DNA of 64,000 nucleotides from Escherichia coli (GTDB lineage Bacteria; Pseudomonadota; Gammaproteobacteria; Enterobacterales; Enterobacteriaceae): NCBI RefSeq assembly GCF_024298765.1, contig NZ_CP101210.1; one strand, 5' to 3'. Shown piece by piece: positions 55,675 to 64,000 of this stretch (position 1 is its first letter; each line of letters starts with the position of its first letter). The notes under the pieces were generated by a model. It saw only the letters and a program-made list of their open reading frames with translations, ran no database searches and was not told where the DNA came from. The position numbers and the translations under genes were made by a program.

Positions 55675-58272
55675 TTAAACCGCAGTCTGGAAAATCACCC
55701 CATCGGCTTTTTCGGTGTACTGAGAAAGCTGGTTGAAGTTCAGATAACGGTAAGTATCAACGGCAGTTTTATCTACTTGCGCCACGTAGGTCTGGTACTC
55801 TTCCGGCGTCGGCAGTTTGCCAATCAGCGCCGCAACAGCAGCCAGTTCCGCAGAAGCCAGGAAGACATTCGCGCCCGTCCCCAAACGGTTCGGGAAGTTA
55901 CGGGTAGAGGTGGAAACCACCGTCGCACCGTCTGCTACACGCGCCTGGTTACCCATACACAGGGAACAGCCAGGGATCTCGATACGAGCACCACTCTTAC
56001 CGAAGACGCTGTAGTAGCCTTCTTCGGTCAGCTGTGCAGCGTCCATACGCGTTGGCGGTGCCACCCACAGGCGGGTCGGCAACTGACCTTTGTGCGCATC
56101 CAGCAGTTTACCCGCAGCACGGAAGTGACCGATGTTAGTCATGCAAGAACCGATAAACACTTCGTCGATCTTCTCGCCCTGTACCGCAGACAGCGGACGA
56201 GCGTCGTCCGGGTCGTTCGGTGCACAGAGGATTGGCTCTTTAATATCCGCCAGATCGATGTCGATCACTGCCGCGTATTCCGCATCTGCATCGGCTTCCA
56301 GCAGCTCAGGATTCGCCAGCCATTTTTCCATGCCCTGAATACGACGTTCCAGGGTACGACGATCGCCGTAACCTTCCGCGATCATCCACTTCAGCAGGAC
56401 GATGTTAGAGTTCAGGTATTCGATGATCGGTTCTTTGTTCAGCTTGATGGTACAACCGGCAGCAGAACGCTCGGCAGACGCATCGGTCAGCTCAAATGCC
56501 TGCTCAACTTTCAGATCCGGCAGACCTTCAATTTCCAGAATGCGACCAGAGAAGATGTTTTTCTTGCCTTTCTTCTCAACGGTCAGCAGACCTTGTTTGA
56601 TTGCATACAGCGGAATGGCGTGAACCAGGTCGCGCAGGGTGATGCCCGGCTGCATTTTGCCTTTGAAGCGCACCAGAACGGATTCCGGCATATCCAGCGG
56701 CATTACGCCTGTTGCGGCTGCAAATGCCACCAGACCAGAACCCGCCGGGAAAGAGATACCGATCGGGAAACGGGTATGGGAGTCACCACCGGTACCGACA
56801 GTATCCGGCAGCAGCATACGGTTCAGCCAGGAGTGGATTACGCCGTCACCCGGACGCAGCGACACACCGCCACGGTTCATAATGAAGTCCGGCAGCGTGT
56901 GGTGCGTGTTAACGTCAACTGGTTTCGGATACGCCGCGGTGTGGCAGAAAGACTGCATCACCAGGTCAGCCGAGAAGCCCAGGCACGCCAGGTCTTTCAG
57001 TTCATCACGAGTCATCGGGCCGGTGGTGTCCTGGGAACCTACAGAAGTCATTTTCGGTTCACAGTACGCGCCCGGACGAATGCCTTTCACGCCACAGGCA
57101 CGGCCTACCATTTTCTGCGCCAGCGAGAAGCCGCGATCGCTCTCAGCGACATCTTTCGCCTGACGGAACACATCGCTGTGCGGCAGGCCAAGTGCTTCAC
57201 GCGCTTTGGTGGTCAGGCCACGCCCAATAATCAGCGGAATACGGCCGCCAGCACGCACTTCATCAATCAGCACGTCGGTTTTCAGTTCGAAGGTCGCCAG
57301 CAGTTCGCCGGTTTCGTGGTTACGCACTTCACCTTTGTACGGGTAAACGTCAATTACGTCGCCCATGTTCAGGTTAGAGACGTCGACTTCGATTGGCAGC
57401 GCACCCGCGTCTTCCATCGTGTTAAAGAAGATGGGTGCAATTTTACCGCCGAGGCACAAACCACCGCCGCGTTTGTTCGGCACATGTGGAATATCATCGC
57501 CCATAAACCACAGAACGGAGTTAGTGGCGGATTTACGCGATGACCCCGTACCCACAACGTCACCGACGTACGCCAGTGGGAAACCTTTCTGTTGCAGAGC
57601 TTCGATTTGCTTAATCGGACCAACAACGCCTGGCTGATCTGGCTCAATACCTTCACGGGCGTTTTTCAGCATCGCCAGCGCGTGCAGTGGGATATCCGGG
57701 CGTGACCACGCATCCGGTGCCGGAGAGAGGTCATCGGTGTTGGTTTCGCCTGTGACTTTGAAGACGGTAACGGTCAGTTTTTCAGCCAGCGCCGGGCGAT
57801 TCAGGAACCATTCGGCATCTGCCCAGGACTGCATTACCTGCTTCGCATATTCGTTGCCTGCTTTCGCTTTCTCTTCTACGTCATAGAAGTTATCGAACAT
57901 CAGCAGCGTGTGAGAAAGTGCTTTGGCAGCGATCGGTGCCAGTTTGGCATCATCCAGCGCGTCGATCAGCGGATGAATGTTGTAACCACCCTGCATGGTG
58001 CCCAGCAGTTCGATGGCTTTTTCCGGAGTCAGCAGAGGGGATTTGGCTTCGCCTTTAGCGATAGCAGCCAGGAAGCCTGCTTTTACATAGGCGGCTTCAT
58101 CGACGCCTGGGGGAACACGGTTGGTTAACAGATCTAACAGGAATTCTTCTTCGCCCGCGGGCGGGTTTTTCAGCAGCTCTACAAGCGCGGCCATTTGGTT
58201 TGCATCCAGGGGTTTGGGCGCAATCCCCTCAGCGGCACGCTCAGCTACGTGCTTACGGTATTCTTCTAGCAC
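55675..58272 (-). CDS. acnB: Aconitate hydratase B (2-methylisocitrate dehydratase)
   Basis: 865 aa if started at the GTG at 58272 ([39 protein letters not shown]...), with GAGGAGAACC upstream. The track ORF runs to an upstream in-frame codon. Confidence 0.93.
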   Translation of the reverse strand: MLEEYRKHVAERAAEGIAPKPLDANQMAALVELLKNPPAGEEEFLLDLLTNRVPPGVDEAAYVKAGFLAAIAKGEAKSPLLTPEKAIELLGTMQGGYNIHPLIDALDDAKLAPIAAKALSHTLLMFDNFYDVEEKAKAGNEYAKQVMQSWADAEWFLNRPALAEKLTVTVFKVTGETNTDDLSPAPDAWSRPDIPLHALAMLKNAREGIEPDQPGVVGPIKQIEALQQKGFPLAYVGDVVGTGSSRKSATNSVLWFMGDDIPHVPNKRGGGLCLGGKIAPIFFNTMEDAGALPIEVDVSNLNMGDVIDVYPYKGEVRNHETGELLATFELKTDVLIDEVRAGGRIPLIIGRGLTTKAREALGLPHSDVFRQAKDVAESDRGFSLAQKMVGRACGVKGIRPGAYCEPKMTSVGSQDTTGPMTRDELKDLACLGFSADLVMQSFCHTAAYPKPVDVNTHHTLPDFIMNRGGVSLRPGDGVIHSWLNRMLLPDTVGTGGDSHTRFPIGISFPAGSGLVAFAAATGVMPLDMPESVLVRFKGKMQPGITLRDLVHAIPLYAIKQGLLTVEKKGKKNIFSGRILEIEGLPDLKVEQAFELTDASAERSAAGCTIKLNKEPIIEYLNSNIVLLKWMIAEGYGDRRTLERRIQGMEKWLANPELLEADADAEYAAVIDIDLADIKEPILCAPNDPDDARPLSAVQGEKIDEVFIGSCMTNIGHFRAAGKLLDAHKGQLPTRLWVAPPTRMDAAQLTEEGYYSVFGKSGARIEIPGCSLCMGNQARVADGATVVSTSTRNFPNRLGTGANVFLASAELAAVAALIGKLPTPEEYQTYVAQVDKTAVDTYRYLNFNQLSQYTEKADGVIFQTAV

Positions 58273-58626
58273 GACGGTTCTCCTCGCTCTCATTGTCATA
58301 GTGCGGCAGGCGATTCTCTTCACGCTCCTGTGAGACAGCAGTTTGTAGGGTAAATGCCCAGTACCGCAACGGGCAGAATAGCAGGATTTTGACGATGTGT
58401 TAATCTGTTTACAAAAAAGCAACATAAAAAAGTGGCTGAATCGTTAAGGATGGTCTAGAGATTGTTTCCCTCCGTAAAAACTTCGTTAATTCGCATGGTG
58501 ATAATCACCTTTCTCAACGAATCCCAAGATTAGTCAAAATTTAAACTACCGCCTCTTTATACTCGGATTCACAGCACCTGCGGGTGGCAGTTCGCCGACC
58601 ATTGCGATTTCCTTGAGATCCGAATT

Positions 58627-60384
58627 ATGAAAATGACTTTGCCGTTTAAACCCCATGTGCTGGCGCTAATTTGCAGTGCCGGGCTTTGTGCCGCCTCTAC
58701 CGGGCTATATATAAAAAGCCGCACAGTGGAAGCGCCTGTGGAACCGCAATCGACACAACTGGCTGCGCCTGACATCTCCGCAGTTACGCTTCCTGCAACG
58801 GTTTCCGTGCCTCCTGTAACACCTGCCGTCGTCAAATCCGCATTCAGCACTGCGCAAATAGATCAATGGGTTGCACCTGTCGCGCTATACCCCGACTCTC
58901 TGCTTTCACAAGTGTTAATGGCATCAACCTATCCGGCAAACGTTGCTCAAGCAGTGCAATGGTCGCACGATAATCCACTTAAACAAGGCGATGCTGCTAT
59001 TCAGGCGGTATCTGACCAGCCCTGGGACGCCAGCGTCAAATCACTGGTGGCCTTTCCACAGTTGATGGCATTGATGGGCGAAAACCCGCAATGGGTGCAA
59101 AACCTGGGCGATGCTTTTCTGGCGCAGCCGCAGGAGGTGATGGACTCGGTACAGCGATTGCGGCAACTGGCGCAACAAACCGGCTCGCTGAAGTCATCAA
59201 CTGAACAGAAAGTTATTACCACAACGAAGAAAGCTGTACCGGTAAAACAGACAGTCACGGCTCCCGTCATACCATCCAATACCGTTTCAACTGCCAACCC
59301 TGTCATTACAGAGCCTGCAACAACCGTCATTTCCATTGAACCCACCAATCCTGATGTGGTCTATATTCCCAACTACAAGCCAACCGTGGTTTACGGGAAC
59401 TGGGCCAATACTGCGTATCCGCCGGTTTATCTGCCGCCGCCAGCCGGAGAACCGTTTGTTGACAGCTTTGTGCGCGGATTCGGCTATAGCATGGGCGTTG
59501 CTACCACGTACGCGCTATTCAGCAGCATCGACTGGGATGACGACGATCATGACCATCATCATCATGACGATGATGATTATCACCATCACGATGGCGGTCA
59601 TCGTGATGGTAATGGCTGGCAACACAATGGCGACAACATCAATATCGACGTCAACAATTTCAACCGTATCACCGGTGAGCATCTTACTGATAAGAATATG
59701 GCATGGCGGCACAATCCAAACTACCGTAATGGTGTGCCCTATCATGATCAGGATATGGCAAAGCGGTTTCATCAAACCGATGTCAACGGCGGAATGAGCG
59801 CCACGCAGCTACCTGCTCCAACACGCGACAGCCAGCGTCAGGCGGCAGCAAGTCAGTTTCAGCAACGAACACACGCCACACCCGTCATTACGCGAGATAC
59901 CCAACGTCAGGCAGCGGCACAGCGGTTTAATGAAGCTGAAAACTATGGGAGCTATGACGACTTCCGCGACTTCAGCCGTCGCCAACCACTGACCCAGCAA
60001 CAAAAGGACGCCGCTCGTCAGCGTTATCAGTCGGCCTCTCCTGAGCAGCGCCAGGCAGTCCGCGAGAAAATGCAGACTAACCCGCAGATCCAGCAGCGAA
60101 GAGAGGCAGCGCGTGAGCGCATTCAGTCTGCAACTCCCGAACAGCGCCAGGTGTTTAAGGAAAAAGTACAGCAGCGCCCACTGAATCAACAGCAACGTGA
60201 TAACGCCCGCCAGCGTGTTCAATCAGCATCACCTGAGCAACGTCAGGTTTTTCGGGAGAAAGTTCAGGAGAGCCGCCCGCAACGTCTAAACGACAGTAAC
60301 CGTACTGCCAGGCTGAATAACGAGCAACGGTCAGCAGTACGCGAACGGCTGTCTGAACGTGGAGCAAGACGGCTGGAAAGGTAA
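58627..60384 (+). CDS. yacH: DUF3300-family secreted protein with Asp/His-rich tract and Gln/Arg-rich repeats
   Basis: 585-aa ORF with signal-like N-terminus MKMTLPFKPHVLALICSAGLCAAS; internal DWDDDDHDHHHHDDDDYHHHDGGH tract; three copies of an RQR-QSA(S/T)PEQRQ-(F/V)(R/K)EK-Q repeat. Confidence 0.85.
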   Translation: MKMTLPFKPHVLALICSAGLCAASTGLYIKSRTVEAPVEPQSTQLAAPDISAVTLPATVSVPPVTPAVVKSAFSTAQIDQWVAPVALYPDSLLSQVLMASTYPANVAQAVQWSHDNPLKQGDAAIQAVSDQPWDASVKSLVAFPQLMALMGENPQWVQNLGDAFLAQPQEVMDSVQRLRQLAQQTGSLKSSTEQKVITTTKKAVPVKQTVTAPVIPSNTVSTANPVITEPATTVISIEPTNPDVVYIPNYKPTVVYGNWANTAYPPVYLPPPAGEPFVDSFVRGFGYSMGVATTYALFSSIDWDDDDHDHHHHDDDDYHHHDGGHRDGNGWQHNGDNINIDVNNFNRITGEHLTDKNMAWRHNPNYRNGVPYHDQDMAKRFHQTDVNGGMSATQLPAPTRDSQRQAAASQFQQRTHATPVITRDTQRQAAAQRFNEAENYGSYDDFRDFSRRQPLTQQQKDAARQRYQSASPEQRQAVREKMQTNPQIQQRREAARERIQSATPEQRQVFKEKVQQRPLNQQQRDNARQRVQSASPEQRQVFREKVQESRPQRLNDSNRTARLNNEQRSAVRERLSERGARRLER

Positions 60385-60394
60385 ATTACAGGCG

Positions 60395-60426
60395 TAAAAA
60401 AAGCGGCGTGGTTAGCCGCTTTTTTA
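60395..60426. terminator. Bidirectional intrinsic terminator between yacH and lpdA
   Basis: aaaaaaa-agcggc-gtggttag-ccgct-ttttt: hairpin flanked by an A run and a T run. Confidence 0.75.
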
Positions 60427-60454
60427 ATTGCCAGATGTCCCGGCAAACGAAAAA

Positions 60455-61879
60455 TTACTTCTTCTTCGCTTTCGGGTTCGGCAGGTCGGTAATGCTACCT
60501 TCGAACACTTCTGCCGCCAGGCCCACAGACTCGTGCAGCGTCGGGTGCGCATGGATGGTCAGTGCGATGTCTTCAGCGTCACAACCCATTTCGATTGCCA
60601 GGCCGATTTCACCCAGCAGCTCGCCGCCGTTAGTACCGACAATCGCACCACCGATCACACGGTGAGATTCTTTGTCGAAAATCAGCTTGGTCATACCGTC
60701 TGCGCAGTCGGAAGCGATAGCACGACCAGAAGCAGCCCACGGGAAGGTGGCGGTTTCATAGCTGATGCCTTTCTCTTTCGCTTCTTTCTCGGTCAGACCA
60801 ACCCATGCAACTTCTGGTTCGGTATAGGCGATGGACGGGATAACTTTCGGATCGAAGTAATGTTTTTTACCGGCGATAACTTCAGCGGCAACGTGACCTT
60901 CGTGAACACCTTTGTGTGCCAGCATCGGCTGACCGACGATATCGCCGATAGCAAAGATGTGCGGTACGTTGGTACGCAGCTGTTTGTCAACGCGGATGAA
61001 ACCACGGTCGTCAACTTCCACGCCAGCTTTGCCTGCGTCGAGGTTTTTACCGTTCGGCACACGACCAATCGCTACCAGCACGGCGTCGTAACGCTGCGGT
61101 TCAGCGGGTGCTTTTTTGCCTTCCATCGTCACATAAATGCCGTCTTCTTTCGCTTCAACGGCGGTAACTTTGGTTTCCAGCATCAGGTTGAATTTCTTGC
61201 TGATACGCTTGGTGAAGACTTTAACGATGTCTTTGTCAGCTGCCGGGATAACCTGGTCGAACATTTCAACCACATCAATCTGTGAACCCAGCGCGTGGTA
61301 TACGGTCCCCATTTCCAGACCGATGATACCGCCACCCATTACCAGCAGGCGTTCTGGTACTTCTTTCAGTTCCAGCGCGTCAGTGGAGTCCCAGATACGC
61401 GGATCTTCATGCGGAATAAACGGCAGTTGGATCGGGCGAGAACCCGCTGCAATGATCGCGTTGTCGAAGTTGATCACGGTTTTGCCGTTCTCACCTTCAA
61501 CTTCCAGGGTGTTAGCCCCGGTGAATTTACCCAGACCGTTGACCACTTTGACTTTGCGGCCTTTTGCCATACCAGCCAGACCACCGGTCAGCTGATTGAT
61601 CACTTTCTCTTTCCAGGTACGAATCTTGTCGATATCGGTTTTCGGTTCGCCGAAGACGATACCGTGTTCAGCCAGCGCTTTGGCTTCTTCGATAACTTTT
61701 GCTACGTGCAGCAGTGCTTTAGAAGGGATACAGCCGACGTTCAGGCAAACACCGCCAAGGGTGGCGTAACGTTCTACGATTACGGTTTCCAGACCTAAAT
61801 CAGCGCAACGGAAGGCAGCGGAGTAACCTGCGGGGCCTGCCCCAAGTACCACGACCTGAGTTTTGATTTCAGTACTCAT
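60455..61879 (-). CDS. lpdA: Dihydrolipoyl dehydrogenase (E3)
   Basis: 474 aa from the ATG at 61879 (MSTEIKTQVVVLGAGPAGYSAAFRCADLG...), with redox-active CLNVGC. Confidence 0.96.
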   Translation of the reverse strand: MSTEIKTQVVVLGAGPAGYSAAFRCADLGLETVIVERYATLGGVCLNVGCIPSKALLHVAKVIEEAKALAEHGIVFGEPKTDIDKIRTWKEKVINQLTGGLAGMAKGRKVKVVNGLGKFTGANTLEVEGENGKTVINFDNAIIAAGSRPIQLPFIPHEDPRIWDSTDALELKEVPERLLVMGGGIIGLEMGTVYHALGSQIDVVEMFDQVIPAADKDIVKVFTKRISKKFNLMLETKVTAVEAKEDGIYVTMEGKKAPAEPQRYDAVLVAIGRVPNGKNLDAGKAGVEVDDRGFIRVDKQLRTNVPHIFAIGDIVGQPMLAHKGVHEGHVAAEVIAGKKHYFDPKVIPSIAYTEPEVAWVGLTEKEAKEKGISYETATFPWAASGRAIASDCADGMTKLIFDKESHRVIGGAIVGTNGGELLGEIGLAIEMGCDAEDIALTIHAHPTLHESVGLAAEVFEGSITDLPNPKAKKK

Positions 61880-62169
61880 CATGACCTCTATATATTTATC
61901 TCCGGCGGTCATACCCGTCGTCTTTCAGGCCGCAGCGGCGTTAGCTTCACGCCCTCACCCCAGTCACTTACTTATGTAAGCTCCTGGGGATTCCGGCGCT
62001 TGCTACCTTGCTGCACCCAGAAATCCATAGGGTATGTGAAGTAATACCCTAACCACCACCGGGTCGTTCTATCCGTCGGTATTTTACAAAATTGTTAACA
62101 ATTTTTAAACAACAAACGGCAACCGATTTGTCTATTCGCTAATAACCTCAATACATTCATGAGATTACC

Positions 62170-62198
62170 AGAAAAAAGCCGGCCGTTGGGCCGGCTCT
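62170..62198 (-). terminator. Intrinsic terminator downstream of aceF
   Basis: Dyad agccggcc-gttg-ggccggct; on the minus strand it is followed by a U run. Confidence 0.7.
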
Positions 62199-62203
62199 TT
62201 TAC

Positions 62204-64000
62204 TTACATCACCAGACGGCGAATGTCAGACAGCGTGTTGTTAATGATGGTAATGAAACGGGCACCATCAGCACCGTCGATCACGCGGTGGTCGAAGGAG
62301 AGAGAAATCGGCAGCATCAGACGCGGCACGAACTCTTTACCATTCCACACCGGCTCCATCGCGGACTTGGAAACGCCGAGGATAGCCACTTCCGGCGCGT
62401 TCACAATCGGCGCGAAGTGGGTAGTCCCCAGGCCGCCGATGCTGGAGATGGTGAAGCAACCGCCCTGCATTTCGCCCGCAGTCAGCTTACCGTCACGCGC
62501 TTTCTTAGAAATAGTCATCAGCTCGCGAGACAGCTCGATGATGCCTTTCTTGTTGACGTCTTTGAATACCGGAACAACCAGACCGTTCGGGGTATCCACC
62601 GCCACACCGATGTTGATGTATTTCTTCAGGGTCAGACGCTGACCGTCTTCCGACAACGAACTGTTGAAGCGAGGCATCTGCTCAAGAGCTGCAGCAACGG
62701 CTTTCATGATGAAGACAACTGGGGTTATCTTCACATCCAGCTTACGTTTCGCCGCTTCTTCGTTCTGCTGTTTACGGAACGCTTCCAGCTCGGTGATATC
62801 GGTTTTGTCGAAGTGGGTAACATGCGGGATCATCACCCAGTTACGGCTCAGGTTCGCACCAGAGATTTTCTGGATGCGGCCCAGTTCCACTTCTTCGATT
62901 TCACCAAACTTGCTGAAGTCTACCTTCGGCCACGGCAACATGCCCGGGATACCGCCGCCAGTCGCCGCCGGAGCCGCTTCTGCACGTTTGATAGCTTCTT
63001 TCACGTAAGCCTGAACGTCTTCGCGCAGGATACGACCTTTACGGCCAGTGCCCTTCACTTTCGCCAGGTTAACGCCAAATTCGCGTGCCAGACGGCGGAT
63101 CAGCGGAGTCGCGTGAACGTAAGCGTCGTTTTCAGCAAATTCAGATTTGCCTTCGGCTTTCGCAGCCGGAGCTGCTGCTGGAGCTTCAGCTTTTGCTGCC
63201 GGAGCCGGCGCTGCCGCTTCCTGTTTCACAGGAGCTGCCGCAGGCGCTGCGCCTTCAACTTCGAAGATCATAATCAGCGAGCCAGTTTTCACTTTATCGC
63301 CAACGTTGACTTTCAGTTCCTTCACGACGCCTGCAAACGGAGCCGGAACTTCCATAGACGCTTTATCGCCTTCTACGGTGATCAGTGACTGTTCAGCGGC
63401 AACTTTGTCGCCCACTTTCACCATCACTTCGGTCACTTCAACTTCGTCACCGCCGATATCCGGAACGTTAACTTCTTTCACGCCAGCCGCTGGTGCAGGG
63501 GCCGCTGCCGGAGCCGCTTCCTGTTTAGCCGCCGGAGCTGCCGCGCCTGCTTCACCCGCGACTTCGAAGACCATAATCAGCGAGCCGGTAGACACTTTGT
63601 CACCCACGTTCACTTTGATCTCTTTCACGGTGCCAGCAAACGGAGCCGGAACTTCCATAGAAGCCTTGTCGCCTTCTACGGTGATCAGCGACTGTTCAGC
63701 TTCAACTTTATCGCCAACTTTCACCAGGATTTCGGTCACTTCAACTTCGTCGCTGCCGATATCCGGAACATTAACGTCTTTTGCCGCGGCAGCCGCTGGT
63801 GCTGCTGCCGGAGCGGCTTCTTTCTTCTCTTCTGCCTGAGCAGGTGCAGCGTCTGCTGCACCGTCGGCGGAATCGAAAATCATAATCAGTGCGCCGGTCT
63901 GGGTTTTATCGCCAACAGAGACTTTGATCTCTTTAACGATACCCGCCTGCGGAGACGGAACTTCCATAGAGGCTTTGTCGCCTTCTACGGTGATCAGCGA
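62204..64000 (-). CDS. aceF: Dihydrolipoamide acetyltransferase (pyruvate dehydrogenase E2), 5'-truncated by the window edge
   Basis: C-terminal catalytic domain (DHRVIDGA) plus repeated lipoyl domains and Ala/Pro-rich linkers; the reading frame continues past position 64000. Confidence 0.95.
   Translation of the reverse strand, partial: SLITVEGDKASMEVPSPQAGIVKEIKVSVGDKTQTGALIMIFDSADGAADAAPAQAEEKKEAAPAAAPAAAAAKDVNVPDIGSDEVEVTEILVKVGDKVEAEQSLITVEGDKASMEVPAPFAGTVKEIKVNVGDKVSTGSLIMVFEVAGEAGAAAPAAKQEAAPAAAPAPAAGVKEVNVPDIGGDEVEVTEVMVKVGDKVAAEQSLITVEGDKASMEVPAPFAGVVKELKVNVGDKVKTGSLIMIFEVEGAAPAAAPVKQEAAAPAPAAKAEAPAAAPAAKAEGKSEFAENDAYVHATPLIRRLAREFGVNLAKVKGTGRKGRILREDVQAYVKEAIKRAEAAPAATGGGIPGMLPWPKVDFSKFGEIEEVELGRIQKISGANLSRNWVMIPHVTHFDKTDITELEAFRKQQNEEAAKRKLDVKITPVVFIMKAVAAALEQMPRFNSSLSEDGQRLTLKKYINIGVAVDTPNGLVVPVFKDVNKKGIIELSRELMTISKKARDGKLTAGEMQGGCFTISSIGGLGTTHFAPIVNAPEVAILGVSKSAMEPVWNGKEFVPRLMLPISLSFDHRVIDGADGARFITIINNTLSDIRRLVM

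Noticed and set aside
55642-57543. 633-aa plus-strand ORF opposite acnB
   Set aside because: It lies entirely antisense to the well-supported acnB frame, is Arg-rich and low-complexity, and has no family resemblance. Long antisense ORFs are common in GC-rich genes.
59336-59797. Ile/Thr/Met-rich plus-strand ORF and His/Met-rich minus-strand ORF (59515-59775) inside yacH
   Set aside because: Both are alternative-frame products of the gatgac/catcat codon repeats of the yacH Asp/His tract, not separate genes.
63147-63839. 230-aa Ala/Gly/Ser/Thr-rich ORF on the plus strand
   Set aside because: It is the antisense mirror of the Ala/Pro-rich linkers and lipoyl domains of aceF; a low-complexity artefact with no independent start signals.

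Overview
This window reads as a contiguous stretch of Escherichia coli core chromosome, from map/glnD/dapD through the fhu operon, mrcB, hrpB, dksA, pcnB and folK, a seven-gene chaperone-usher fimbrial operon (yadN-ecpD-htrE-yadMLKC), panBCD, can, hpt, gcd, cueO, speED and acnB to lpdA and the 3' part of aceF. All identifications rest on reading the supplied six-frame translations against remembered protein families and K-12 synteny; no database search was run. Coding density is high, and most intergenic gaps hold recognisable hairpin terminators or known operator motifs. I found no CRISPR array, IS element, integrase, tRNA/rRNA gene or prophage, and I see no convincing evidence of a wholly undescribed multi-gene system. 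The most interesting loci are: (1) rpnC/yadD, an Rpn-family nuclease with an internal ribosome-binding site and ATG for a small C-terminal protein, followed by a tandem imperfect duplication of its 3' end carrying a free-standing 67-codon ORF; (2) a fhuA allele whose central part is AT-richer and whose predicted surface loops differ from the K-12 protein as I remember it; (3) the fimbrial operon behind a very AT-rich upstream region, next to a folK 3' end that also looks divergent; (4) yacH, with an Asp/His-rich tract and tandem peptide repeats; (5) the uncharacterised yadGHI-yadE module. Several gene starts were moved from the ORF-track coordinates to match known protein lengths, including non-ATG starts.
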